Translations under genes and position numbers: made by a program
Shown here: in pieces, positions 17,251-26,605 of the stretch
Layout: the number at the start of each line of letters is the position of its first letter
Position numbering within the stretch: position 1 is the first letter of the stretch
Notes under the pieces: generated by a model
What the model was told of the DNA's origin: nothing
The model's database searches: none
What the model saw: only the letters and a program-made list of their open reading frames with translations
Virus record (IMG/VR): IMGVR_UViG_3300049855_000239
Span: 8,699 to 72,698 of that record
Strand: one strand, 5' to 3'
DNA: 64,000 nt
Origin: a virus

Positions 17251-17371
17251 TATCTTTGTGTACTAAGTAAAACGGCTTAGTCTTCGTGTGGAAGCGATGA
17301 AAGAACTTGTCGATAGACAAACTAACCTCGATTGATAGCTACCTTCCACTAGCTTGATTTCGGGGTTTTTT
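17251..17371 (+). promoter_or_regulatory. promoter plus structured leader/attenuator upstream of the replication initiator
   Basis: TATCTTTG 17251-17258; hairpin AACCTCGA...TCGGGGTT followed by a T-run. Confidence 0.55.
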
Positions 17372-17464
17372 ATTTTACAACTATGGTAGTTTATTGTAAA
17401 CATTGCAAATCATATGAACGAGTAATAATGATTACATGTACGTGTATTAAATGCGGTAATAAAT

Positions 17465-18166
17465 ATGGAAAATAGAGATTTTAAAGGAGTTTGGATTCCT
17501 AAAGAAATATACCTAAATAAAGATCTTAGTTGGTCAGAAAAGATACTTTTAATCGAAATTGATTCTTTAGATAATGACGAAGAAAAAGGATGTTTTGCAT
17601 CCAATAAATACTTGTCTGAATTTATTGGAATAAGCGAGTCAAGTATGGCCAATATGATTTCTAAATTAAAGAGCCAAAATTACCTATTTCAAGTCTTTTT
17701 TGATGGAAGGAATAGAGGTTTGAGACTTCATAAAAATATGAAGTCAGGGTTCATAAAAGATGTTGAGACTTCACAAGAATATGAAGGCAGGGTTCATAAA
17801 AATATGAAAGCTGAGTTAACAAAAATAGTAAAGCAGACTACACAAAAAAATGAACATAGTAATATAATTAATAATACAACTAGTAAAACAAGTATTGATG
17901 ATAGGAAAAACGCCTTTGGCTACACACTTAAAGAATTTGAAAGTAAATATCCTGTGCAAATGTTAGAAGCATTTTTTAGGTATTGGGCTGAAAAGAATAA
18001 ATCAGGTACAAAGATGAAATGGGAACTTGAAAAAACATTTGAAGTAGGATTAAGATTAGCAACTTGGGCAAGTAGAGATAAAACATTCAATTCACAACAA
18101 GGCCAAATTTTTACACCAGCACCACCTAAAAAACAAATGACAAATGAGGAAAGACGAAGAGCTTAG
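17465..18166 (+). CDS. phage replication initiator (N-terminal HTH)
   Basis: FKGVWIPKEI...EKILLIEIDSL...CFASNKYLSEF; C-terminal FFRYW...RLATW; directly upstream of DnaB. Confidence 0.8.
   Translation: MENRDFKGVWIPKEIYLNKDLSWSEKILLIEIDSLDNDEEKGCFASNKYLSEFIGISESSMANMISKLKSQNYLFQVFFDGRNRGLRLHKNMKSGFIKDVETSQEYEGRVHKNMKAELTKIVKQTTQKNEHSNIINNTTSKTSIDDRKNAFGYTLKEFESKYPVQMLEAFFRYWAEKNKSGTKMKWELEKTFEVGLRLATWASRDKTFNSQQGQIFTPAPPKKQMTNEERRRA
17722..17855. repeat. putative replication origin iterons inside the initiator gene
   Basis: TTCATAAAAATATGAA-like units; ~43-bp imperfect tandem duplication starting 17722 and 17765; followed by an AT-rich tract. Confidence 0.6.
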
Positions 18167-19610
18167 TTTAGTAAAACTACCTCCCCAAAACTTGGAGGCC
18201 GAAGAAGCTGTATTGGGGGCGATGCTTATAAGCCAAAATGATTTAATGGCACCAATTGGATTACTTTCAGGTGAAATGTTTTACAAGCCCCAGCATAAAA
18301 TAATTTTTGAAGCTATTAAAAATCTTTTTGTTTTACGTTATTCTGTTGATCTACTAACTGTAACAGACCAATTGCGAAAACTGGATAAGCTTGATTTTAT
18401 TGGAGGTGCTTTACAGTTGCATGAATTAACACAAAGAGTAAGCTCATCGGCTAATATTGAATTTCATGCAAGAATCATTATCGAGCGATATTTGAAAAGA
18501 AAAATAATCGACATATCGAATGTTTCAATTTCAGAATCATACGACCAAAGTTTTGATGTATTTGAAATACTAGACAAGCTACAAACTGAAATACTTTGTC
18601 TTACTAATAAAATAGGAACCAACAAACCTAAAACGCTAAAACAAATAGTACCAGAAGTACTTCAAACAATAGAAGAAAACCAAGGCAAAACAGGCTTTAC
18701 TGGCATTGATACTGGACTTGAAAGCTTGAATAGCATTACTGGGGGGTTTCAAGAAGGTTTAATAATTGTAGGAGGTCGCCCAGGCATGGGTAAAACGGCC
18801 ATAGCTGTTTTGTTTGCCACACGTCCAGTTTTTCAACACAATAAAGTTGTTTTAGTTTTCAGCCTAGAGATGTCGGATAAAAGTTTGGCTTGTAGGATAC
18901 TTTCCAGCCTTTCAGGTGTAAAGTATTCAAACATGACAAAAGGAAGCCTTACGGATCAAGATTTGGGGCTAATTTACGATAATATAGAGCCAGCCTATAC
19001 CGACAACCTGATAATTGACGAAACGCCATCTATTTCGGTCACTCAAATGAGAGCAAAAGCGATGGCAATAAAAATGGAACGTGGGCAATTGGATATGATT
19101 GTAGTAGATTATTTACAACTAGCAAAAGGAGAGGGTAAAGGCAATAGAGAGCAAGAAATAAGTAGTATTTCAAGAGGGTTAAAAATACTATCTAAGGAAT
19201 TAAAAATTCCAGTTATTGCATTGGCTCAATTAGGACGTGCGACAGAGACAAGAAGTGGAGATAAACGGCCAATTTTAGCCGACCTACGTGAGTCTGGAGC
19301 TATCGAGCAAGATGCCGATATGGTAATGTTTGTTTATCGCGAACAATACTATTTAGAGCAACAAAACCAGCCAGTTCCAGACGATGTAATAGATAAGATA
19401 GAAATAATTATTGCAAAGCAAAGAAACGGGGCTTTAGATTCAATTAAAACTAATTGTTACCTAGCAACAAACATAATCCAAGACGAAGAGTATATTCCAG
19501 AAAAAAGATACAATGTACTTGATAAGCAACGAAATACCGAATTATTAGATGGATATTCTTTAAATTATGAATCAGGAGATGTAAATAAAATCAATACACC
19601 ACCATTTTAA
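18144..19610 (+). CDS. dnaB: replicative DNA helicase DnaB
   Basis: PPQNLEAEEAVLG, GRPGMGKT, FSLEMS, VVDYLQL, LAQLGR, DLRESGAIEQDAD, AKQRNG. Confidence 0.95.
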   Translation: MRKDEELSLVKLPPQNLEAEEAVLGAMLISQNDLMAPIGLLSGEMFYKPQHKIIFEAIKNLFVLRYSVDLLTVTDQLRKLDKLDFIGGALQLHELTQRVSSSANIEFHARIIIERYLKRKIIDISNVSISESYDQSFDVFEILDKLQTEILCLTNKIGTNKPKTLKQIVPEVLQTIEENQGKTGFTGIDTGLESLNSITGGFQEGLIIVGGRPGMGKTAIAVLFATRPVFQHNKVVLVFSLEMSDKSLACRILSSLSGVKYSNMTKGSLTDQDLGLIYDNIEPAYTDNLIIDETPSISVTQMRAKAMAIKMERGQLDMIVVDYLQLAKGEGKGNREQEISSISRGLKILSKELKIPVIALAQLGRATETRSGDKRPILADLRESGAIEQDADMVMFVYREQYYLEQQNQPVPDDVIDKIEIIIAKQRNGALDSIKTNCYLATNIIQDEEYIPEKRYNVLDKQRNTELLDGYSLNYESGDVNKINTPPF

Positions 19611-19696
19611 TTGAAATATATGAAGAAAAAGAGGCTAATAGTAAAGGCAATTAAAGCATTAAAATCAATTTGGAACGAACATAAAAACGAGGTAAA

Positions 19697-20206
19697 ATGA
19701 AAAGTATAGATCTAGTTGGTTTTATAGAAAAAACAGAAAGTAAATATCGATGGGATGGTAATGAAGTATATTTATCTATATATTTTTGGGACATCAAGGA
19801 GTTTGTCGAATTTTTTTCTGAAAGTCCATTTCTAGCAAACAGAGACACAAAAATAGTCATTAAAGACCATTATTTCATATTTGGGATGGCAGAAATTTGT
19901 GAATATTTTGATATAGAATTAGAATCAGTTTTCGGCCGTTCAATTGACTACTGTAACGGGCATGATGAACATCCAGAAAAACAATTACCTTTTGATTCGT
20001 CAGATCATGAATTATTATTAGGAGCTAAAATTCGTGAAAAACTAGACAAAAATATATCAGGATTGTGTATTGAGGTTCGAAGCGATGGGATAACAGTTGG
20101 AAAATGGGATATTGACTACGGAAACTTATCTATTAACTGCGAATATTTTAACGAAGTATTAAAAAAATGGATGCCATGCGTAAAACAAAATGGGACGACA
20201 AAATAG
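19697..20206 (+). CDS. hypothetical protein
   Basis: 169-aa ORF in operon. Confidence 0.55.
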   Translation: MKSIDLVGFIEKTESKYRWDGNEVYLSIYFWDIKEFVEFFSESPFLANRDTKIVIKDHYFIFGMAEICEYFDIELESVFGRSIDYCNGHDEHPEKQLPFDSSDHELLLGAKIREKLDKNISGLCIEVRSDGITVGKWDIDYGNLSINCEYFNEVLKKWMPCVKQNGTTK

Positions 20207-20519
20207 GGGAATAGAAATGAAAAATGCGATATTGCGACTTAAATTGGCGGACGTTTTTGTATCGGCAGAAAGAAAAAACACCTCTGGACTGGAGGAGTTT
20301 CAATCAAAATTAAGAGAATTGATTGGTAAGGCTGAGGCTTTTATTAAAAAAAAGAAACTAGAAACGAAGAGGTTAGACGATGTTTATTGCGAAAAGTTAG
20401 AAATCGCAAACAGAGATACATACATGAAACAGTTCATTTTTGAGTTTGAGGGAGAATATTATTTCGTGAAATGGGGGCAGTTAAAATGGTCGGAACCAAT
20501 TAAAATAAAAACAATTTAA
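20190..20519 (+). CDS. hypothetical protein
   Basis: 109-aa ORF in operon. Confidence 0.5.
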   Translation: MGRQNRGIEMKNAILRLKLADVFVSAERKNTSGLEEFQSKLRELIGKAEAFIKKKKLETKRLDDVYCEKLEIANRDTYMKQFIFEFEGEYYFVKWGQLKWSEPIKIKTI

Positions 20520-20523
20520 AATC

Positions 20524-21159
20524 ATGATACTAGGAGATAAAGCAATCAGAGAGTATTTGGGACAAGGTTCGGGCGTGATCGGCTACAAGGAAGAATACAT
20601 TAACCCTAACAGCGTAGACTTAACGCTGGCCAACGAAATTACAATGTACAAGAACGAAATACTGGATTGTCGAAAACCTAACGAAACGACAAAATTTAGT
20701 ATTGAAGGCGAGGATTATTTTCTTTTGCTTCCTAATCATTTGTATCTTGTAGCAACAAATGAAACACTTGATTTAAAGCCTTTTGAGTTTGAAAAAACAA
20801 TTTGCTCAACTGGTTTTAAAATGAAAGCGCAAAAAACAATATGCGCACGGGTTGAGGGTAAAAGTTCACTTGCAAGGCTAGGGATGTGGTGCCATATTAC
20901 CGCTGGATGGGTTGATTCGGGCTTTAAAGGTTCACTTGTGTTAGAGTTGGCAGTTGTAAAACCCTTGCGTATTTATCCTAATCAAAAGATTTGCCAGATT
21001 GCATTCATGGAAAGTACCGAGGTAGAAACTAACTACGGGGAAAAAGTGGGAAGCAAATACCAAAATCAAGTAGGAGCGCAAGAATCAAAGATGCATGAAA
21101 ACTTTAAACCAAATTTAGAAAATTCATTAAATGAAGGTTTGAGTATAATGAAACACTAA
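20524..21159 (+). CDS. dcd: dCTP deaminase
   Basis: INPNSVDLTL, EGKSSLARLG, HITAGWVDSGFKGSLVLE, KICQIAF, KYQNQ. Confidence 0.92.
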   Translation: MILGDKAIREYLGQGSGVIGYKEEYINPNSVDLTLANEITMYKNEILDCRKPNETTKFSIEGEDYFLLLPNHLYLVATNETLDLKPFEFEKTICSTGFKMKAQKTICARVEGKSSLARLGMWCHITAGWVDSGFKGSLVLELAVVKPLRIYPNQKICQIAFMESTEVETNYGEKVGSKYQNQVGAQESKMHENFKPNLENSLNEGLSIMKH

Positions 21160-21174
21160 AAAAATACCCCTCTG

Positions 21175-21507
21175 TTGATGTTGATGTTGATCGGTAGACT
21201 TAAAAAGCATATGGATGTAAGTGAAAAATATAAATCTTTATTTGATTTTCTATCAAATGAGTATGGCATAATAGCAACTATAACGGAAATGGACGAAATA
21301 ATTCATGAATCTTTACGTGTTGCTAATAGTTTTGATCAATTTATTGAGTATTGCGAAGAAAAACCAAAAGAGTCAGGGCTTTATTTTGTGAAAGGCAAAA
21401 AAGATTACAAAGCTGTTGCTGAGTATAATCTAGATACTGATGAATGGGATTTGAAAGACCTCCCAATAAACTATTTCTCAAACGAAAATATTAGGTATTT
21501 AAAATAA
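21175..21507 (+). CDS. hypothetical protein
   Basis: ORF; EEKPKESGLYFV motif; true start likely an internal Met. Confidence 0.5.
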   Translation: MMLMLIGRLKKHMDVSEKYKSLFDFLSNEYGIIATITEMDEIIHESLRVANSFDQFIEYCEEKPKESGLYFVKGKKDYKAVAEYNLDTDEWDLKDLPINYFSNENIRYLK

Positions 21508-21508
21508 G

Positions 21509-21793
21509 ATGGATAATTTAAGAAATTTACTCGAAATGTTGTCAGAAACAAAAATAGTTGAAGACACTATAAAAAGGACGGAAGTTTATGAGGCTATAAA
21601 CAGCGACATTACACTTTTAGAGCTTAGAATAGCGGATCTGGACAGAACACGAAAAAATCAAGATTTCGAAGAGTCAGAACCAGCAAAGGTTATTCGTGCG
21701 GAATGCTTAGCTAAAATTGAAGCCTTATTGGCATTGTTCCAGTCAATAGTATGGGTCGTAGGTTCAAGCCCTGCCGTGACACCTTTAAAATAG
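21509..21793 (+). CDS. hypothetical protein
   Basis: 94-aa ORF; its 3' end overlaps a tRNA-like fragment. Confidence 0.45.
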   Translation: MDNLRNLLEMLSETKIVEDTIKRTEVYEAINSDITLLELRIADLDRTRKNQDFEESEPAKVIRAECLAKIEALLALFQSIVWVVGSSPAVTPLK

Positions 21794-21999
21794 TTTTGCT
21801 ATCCTCTGATGATTGGAATTCTTGATGCATATTGACTATCCAAGTCTTTTAGTTTTTCACTAAAGAAAGTATCTTGCGAAACTGCTTTCAAGTACTAACC
21901 CAAATGGGGATAGTTTTGCATTTAATTGTTCAAAATCAGATATTTCACCACTGATTATTTTATCAGATAGGCATTTTAGTATTAAGGCTTCCATATTTT

Positions 22000-22212
22000 T
22001 CATCTTGCCAAGTTGTTTCCTGTTTCTTCAAAGTACACCGAAAGCAAAGCGTTGGTCATTATCAGGTTGCATTTCTTGCGCCCAAAATGTTCAATTATTT
22101 CTATTGGAGTTTTGACGCTGAAATCTTCCGATACAGCCTTGAATTTAGTTTTGCGTCCTGCATTTGGGTTTTTAGAGCCTTTTGGCCTTCCTACTGGTTT
22201 CTTGTTTTCCAT
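22000..22212 (-). CDS. small DNA-binding protein with AT-hook-like motif
   Basis: KPVGRPKGSKNPNAGRK. Confidence 0.55.
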   Translation of the reverse strand: MENKKPVGRPKGSKNPNAGRKTKFKAVSEDFSVKTPIEIIEHFGRKKCNLIMTNALLSVYFEETGNNLAR

Positions 22213-22215
22213 AAA

Positions 22216-22707
22216 TTAGTTTTGCTTATTACATTTAACTTTTAGGCCATGCAAAGGACATGTTTTTATGCCATCTACACATTCTGTTTGTGACAAATCA
22301 TGCCCACGGTGCGGACATTTGCCGTTTTTCTCATAATCACGTTTTAGTTTTGATTTACTAATCATGTTCACTGGTGTATGTCTAGTTTCGTTCGACCTTA
22401 CAACCCTAATATTAAACCACTGTAGCGAATTAGTTTCATCTAATACCTGTCTATAGAAGTCACAATCGTAAAATACTTTTGCTCCCTCAATCTTGCACTT
22501 ATAGACAGGTACACCGTTTTTAATCTTTACGATTATGAACCTGTTATCAGCGTGATAATGGATATAGTTTTGCCCATTTTCTTTATCACTGTGAGGCGTA
22601 TTGATGACTGGCGTTATTCTTGTGCCATCTTTTGAAACAACACAAGGGACACGAACAATTTCACCTTTTACCAAAGGTCTATAAATGTTATCTATCCTTG
22701 AAATCAT
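22216..22707 (-). CDS. protein with C-terminal Rieske-like [2Fe-2S] motif
   Basis: CPHRGHDL...CPLHG (CxH...CxxH). Confidence 0.65.
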   Translation of the reverse strand: MISRIDNIYRPLVKGEIVRVPCVVSKDGTRITPVINTPHSDKENGQNYIHYHADNRFIIVKIKNGVPVYKCKIEGAKVFYDCDFYRQVLDETNSLQWFNIRVVRSNETRHTPVNMISKSKLKRDYEKNGKCPHRGHDLSQTECVDGIKTCPLHGLKVKCNKQN

Positions 22708-23025
22708 TTTGTGAAATAGTTTTGCTTAAATAAGACTAGAAATTGGCTTTTATAGCCATGCTACCTGTTTGTGTTGCCCGTTTGTTTTGGAGTCTGAAAT
22801 ATACTCAAAATAGTCTCCTAACGTCTCAAACTCTAGTCCTTTTATTGTTGCTTTCGTTACCATGGTTTTTTGATTAAATAGTTTTGTTCAATTCGTTTGC
22901 TTTCTTAGTACAAAATAGTTTTCCTTTGCCTTCAAAGTAGTATATCCTAGTTGTTAGGCATAAAACAGCCCATTTATTACGGTTTAATACAGCTTGAAAT
23001 TTCATGTTCTTAGTAGTTTAAAAGA

Positions 23026-23325
23026 TTAGTTTTCTATTGTCAAATATTTTCTATAAACATTACCCTTCTTTGAGGTGCAAAAAACAAATAGTTTTCCCTT
23101 TGCAGTCTCGTAAATAGGTAGTTTTTCACCTGATTTAATTACGAACACCTTACCAGTATCTTTGTACGTGCCTAATTTTGCATTTGAGACACTTTGAACG
23201 TATTCGCCAGTATTAGACTCCTTAATTATAGTTTGTGCCTTGCAAGTTGAATTTAAGGCACAAAACAAGCTGATTGAAAAGATTAGTTTTTGCATGGTTG
23301 AAATGGTTATATAGTTTTGATCCAT
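23026..23325 (-). CDS. small secreted/periplasmic protein
   Basis: Signal-like MQKLIFSISLFCALNSTCKAQ; YETAKGKLFV..SKKGNVYRKYL. Confidence 0.55.
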   Translation of the reverse strand: MDQNYITISTMQKLIFSISLFCALNSTCKAQTIIKESNTGEYVQSVSNAKLGTYKDTGKVFVIKSGEKLPIYETAKGKLFVFCTSKKGNVYRKYLTIEN

Positions 23326-23498
23326 TTATTATTTTGTTTGCTTGATATTTCAGTGGCTACATAGCCACAATTAAAACGAACCGATACAGAAGAATAACCG
23401 TTTCGAGTAGCGTAGTTTTTTGCGCCTTTTTCTGTTTTTGATGTGTCAACGTGTACACCGTTTGAAAGTACACCATAAACATTTTGAGAATTTGCCAT
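23307..23498 (-). CDS. hypothetical early protein
   Basis: SKTEKGAKNYATRNG motif; tightly packed leftward operon. Confidence 0.55.
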   Translation of the reverse strand: MANSQNVYGVLSNGVHVDTSKTEKGAKNYATRNGYSSVSVRFNCGYVATEISSKQNNKWIKTI

Positions 23499-23508
23499 AA
23501 TAGTTTTT

Positions 23509-23706
23509 TTAAGAGTTTTTTATGAAAAAATCCGATTCTTTACCGTTTAGCGTGGTATTATCTTGCCACGTTAAACCAATACAATTACCTGAATGATGTT
23601 TTATTAAATAGTTTTCTTTTGAGTCTTTAATTACTTGGTAGCCGATGTTTGACCAACAAACAGTTTGACCGTTTGCAATAGCTTGTTTAATTTCTGATAG
23701 GTTCAT
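23509..23706 (-). CDS. hypothetical early protein
   Basis: MNLSEIKQAIANGQTVCWSN..YQVIKD...IGLTW. Confidence 0.6.
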   Translation of the reverse strand: MNLSEIKQAIANGQTVCWSNIGYQVIKDSKENYLIKHHSGNCIGLTWQDNTTLNGKESDFFIKNS

Positions 23707-23875
23707 AATAAAATATATTTAACAAGTTCCTAATATTTGTTCTAATGGTAAATCTTGCAAAGCCATAATATTTAGTTTTGTGATTGAAGAAACAAAGCAA
23801 TAAAATAAAGGGTTGTAAGTAGGAAGCCGATAATTAAACAGCTTCCTAATAAGTCGATAATAGCACGTTTAAGCA

Positions 23876-24142
23876 TTATATTAGTTTTGACAATTCGATA
23901 TGAAGCCCGAAATTATGGAGCGGTACAAATTTGTGCGACACATTCAAACGTAGCATTATTTTTACGCTCAAAAGGTTCATATACTCAAAGTTTGAGTCCG
24001 CACCGTAAAGCCTTTTATATTCCTTAGCTGCTGTTTTCTCCAAGTATTCAAAATACTTTTCTTGTGGCTCAAATGACATTCTATAAACCTCATTTGCCAG
24101 TCTTTTTATATCTCGGTTTAATTCTTGCTTTGTCATAATCAT
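23876..24142 (-). CDS. hypothetical early protein
   Basis: Abutting ORF in leftward operon. Confidence 0.5.
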   Translation of the reverse strand: MIMTKQELNRDIKRLANEVYRMSFEPQEKYFEYLEKTAAKEYKRLYGADSNFEYMNLLSVKIMLRLNVSHKFVPLHNFGLHIELSKLI

Positions 24143-24391
24143 TTAATTTATAATGTGTAGAAATTTTTTTGTTTGTAACTTTTTAAAATCCGTTCCGTTC
24201 TTGTTAAATTCTGAAGTAAACCATCCCCCTCTTTCTCCCCAATAAAAAAGAGTGTTATTTTCTATCTTATAGAATTTTTCTATAAATGTATTTTTGGGGT
24301 TCATTGCTGCAAATTGAGCCTGCGCAGGGACAAAACCACTTATATTTTGCCTTTCTTGAGTTCTAATTATGATTAATTCCGAATCTTTCAT
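24143..24391 (-). CDS. hypothetical early protein
   Basis: Abutting ORF in leftward operon. Confidence 0.5.
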   Translation of the reverse strand: MKDSELIIIRTQERQNISGFVPAQAQFAAMNPKNTFIEKFYKIENNTLFYWGERGGWFTSEFNKNGTDFKKLQTKKFLHIIN

Positions 24392-24394
24392 ATA

Positions 24395-24694
24395 TTAAAC
24401 AGTTTTAGTAATACCTTCAAATTTAAAAGAGTTTTTAGCGGCTAGTAAGCCACGCAAATAAGCGCACATTTCGCCCTTTGATTTACGTGAATGACTATCG
24501 AAAGCGGATTGGCTAGTTGTCGTATGTACAATCATAAGCACATAACCTCCATAACAAGAATTATGATCCATTTTAATAAAATCGTTAGAATAGAACTCTT
24601 TTTGTTCCGGATTCTCGCGCCTAGTTTTTGCGCTTGTTTTTAAGTTGTAAGCCTCACAAAACTCTTCAAATAATGCTTTAATTTCCTTGTTCAT
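24395..24694 (-). CDS. hypothetical early protein
   Basis: 99-aa ORF, YGGY...EMCAYLRG. Confidence 0.55.
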   Translation of the reverse strand: MNKEIKALFEEFCEAYNLKTSAKTRRENPEQKEFYSNDFIKMDHNSCYGGYVLMIVHTTTSQSAFDSHSRKSKGEMCAYLRGLLAAKNSFKFEGITKTV

Positions 24695-24721
24695 AATAAT
24701 AAATGATTAAATAGTGAATGA

Positions 24722-24934
24722 TTAGATTAAATTTGAGTTCATTTTGAAATCGATACATGAATTATCAGTAATTGTAATAATTCCATTATTGCGGTATCTA
24801 TAATTAGAGTCCTTTTTTACGTGTCTTCTAATTTCGGCTATCGAGTTACCACTAACGAAACCTAAACAAGTAAAACCGCCTGTTTTATCGTTGATTTTTA
24901 CGACTGAACAATGATATTTATAAGTTACTTCCAT
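24722..24934 (-). CDS. hypothetical early protein
   Basis: 70-aa ORF in leftward operon. Confidence 0.45.
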   Translation of the reverse strand: MEVTYKYHCSVVKINDKTGGFTCLGFVSGNSIAEIRRHVKKDSNYRYRNNGIITITDNSCIDFKMNSNLI

Positions 24935-25112
24935 TATTATACAATTTAAAACGTGATATACTTGCTAACTAAATCGGCCAAAACTTCAACCGATGTATTA
25001 AGGATTGACGCTATACGGTCAGGGCTTAACCCTTGTGCGTATAATTTTATTGCCTCTATTCTGATTAATGTTGTTTCCATTTTCTTTGTGGTTAATTGCG
25101 TTTCTGATATGA

Positions 25113-25210
25113 CAAAGGTATATAATTAATTTAACCCTGCAAAATTAATTAAGAATAGAGGCAATTATTTTGAAAGTATTTTACAACTCGTTAAGGATCA
25201 GGTATCTTTG
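25113..25210. promoter_or_regulatory. divergent Bacteroidota-type promoters
   Basis: TACCTTTG on - strand (25113-25120); TATCTTTG on + strand (25203-25210). Confidence 0.6.
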
Positions 25211-25224
25211 AAATAAAAAAAAAT

Positions 25225-25701
25225 ATGCCGATTAAACAACAAAATCGAAAATTCTACAAAAAACCGCTAATTGAAGGGCTTGAATCAATAGACCTAAACA
25301 CTTTACTATATATACTAGCTTATTCAAATAGAATACTATTCTTAGCAGCCAAACAAATAGCACTAGACCAAAACGAACGTTTGGTATTAAATACGCTACA
25401 TACTCGTTACTTATTACTTATTTACATTCAATCACAATTCACAAAGTATATAGCACACGCAGCAATAGAGCAAAACGACTATACAAGCAGAAAGAAACAA
25501 CACAATAGACTAATAATAACAAACGAACTAAACCGGCTAGGATTAATAAAACACGCAAAAAACAGCCATTCACAAAAACTACCTAGTTACCAACTTACCG
25601 ACCTAGGACACGAAGCAATTAACACCATTTTTAAAATAGCAAACGAAACATTTTTAAGCTATCCAAAACAAACAAGTAAAGCGTTGTTTCCAGAAAAATA
25701 G
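25225..25701 (+). CDS. winged-helix (MarR-like) protein
   Basis: LDQNERLVLNTL...NELNRLGLIK...YQLTDLGHEAI. Confidence 0.5.
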   Translation: MPIKQQNRKFYKKPLIEGLESIDLNTLLYILAYSNRILFLAAKQIALDQNERLVLNTLHTRYLLLIYIQSQFTKYIAHAAIEQNDYTSRKKQHNRLIITNELNRLGLIKHAKNSHSQKLPSYQLTDLGHEAINTIFKIANETFLSYPKQTSKALFPEK

Positions 25702-25875
25702 GTCTAATATTCTTTATAGTTTAGAATTCCCATTTAATACGCTTGTTTGAAGGTGTTACAGTCTACCACAATCACAACTAAATCCTATTTTTAATCGAAA
25801 AAACACGGGAAAACACGACCTTATACATAGAATAATACAATTACGACTTGTTTAATTAATCAATGTTAAGTATAT

Positions 25876-26283
25876 TTGAATATGGAAAAGAACTATTATA
25901 ATTATCATATTACTAGTAATGGAGTAATATATAGCTTTGAAAGGAATAGGTATATGAAACCTTCAAAGCAAGTAGTAAACGGTAAAGAAACAGGATATTT
26001 GTGTCAAACATTGCTTGTGAATGGTAAGTCAAAGCGGTTTTATATTCATAGGCTTGTAGCTATTATCTATATTCCTAATCCTTCAAATAAACCTTGGGTG
26101 AACCATATAGACGGGAATAGGAGTAATAATAATATAAATAATTTAGAATGGTCAACGATAAGCGAAAATATTAAACATTCTTATACTAATCTAGGACGTA
26201 CATATAAAGGACGTTTAGTAGGGTTTAGACATAGCGAAGAAACTAAATATAAAATGTCAATCGCCAAATTAAGTAAAAAATAA
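25876..26283 (+). CDS. HNH homing endonuclease with NUMOD3-like C-terminus
   Basis: YIHRLVA..YIPNP..KPWVNHIDGNRSNNNINNLEW; GFRHSEETKYKMS. Confidence 0.88.
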   Translation: MNMEKNYYNYHITSNGVIYSFERNRYMKPSKQVVNGKETGYLCQTLLVNGKSKRFYIHRLVAIIYIPNPSNKPWVNHIDGNRSNNNINNLEWSTISENIKHSYTNLGRTYKGRLVGFRHSEETKYKMSIAKLSKK

Positions 26284-26605
26284 ATGTCCTAAAATTGGCT
26301 ATTTATTGCACTTTTCAACGCTAGATTAAATATGTTTCAATTAAGTAATATTGTTAATGCAAAATATAATTCTGTTTGTTCGCTTAATAGTATTGTAGCT
26401 TTGTAATATAGTTTTAATAGCAATAATAAAGCTTTGATACATAATATGTTACATTATGCTTGATAAAAACGTGGAGTAAATTAGCCCCCCCCGTTCATTT
26501 ATTTGCGTTTCAATGTCGGAGCGTACTAGGGGGTATATTTGACGTATCGTTTGTCACACACACAGATAAGTAAGTTTCATATAATTACCTTTGCAAGAAA
26601 AGCTT

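Larger units (their letters stand above)
21791..23888 (-). repeat. dispersed co-oriented AAAACTA motif field (~20 copies)
   Basis: TAGTTTT on + strand at e.g. 21791, 21850, 21911, 22146, 22217, 22345, 22565, 22717, 22879, 22916, 23027, 23089, 23119, 23284, 23312, 23413, 23501, 23609, 23773, 23882. Confidence 0.65.

Noticed and set aside
21700-21790. Complete tRNA gene
   Set aside because: Only the T-arm and 3' acceptor strand are recognisable; reported as a fragment.
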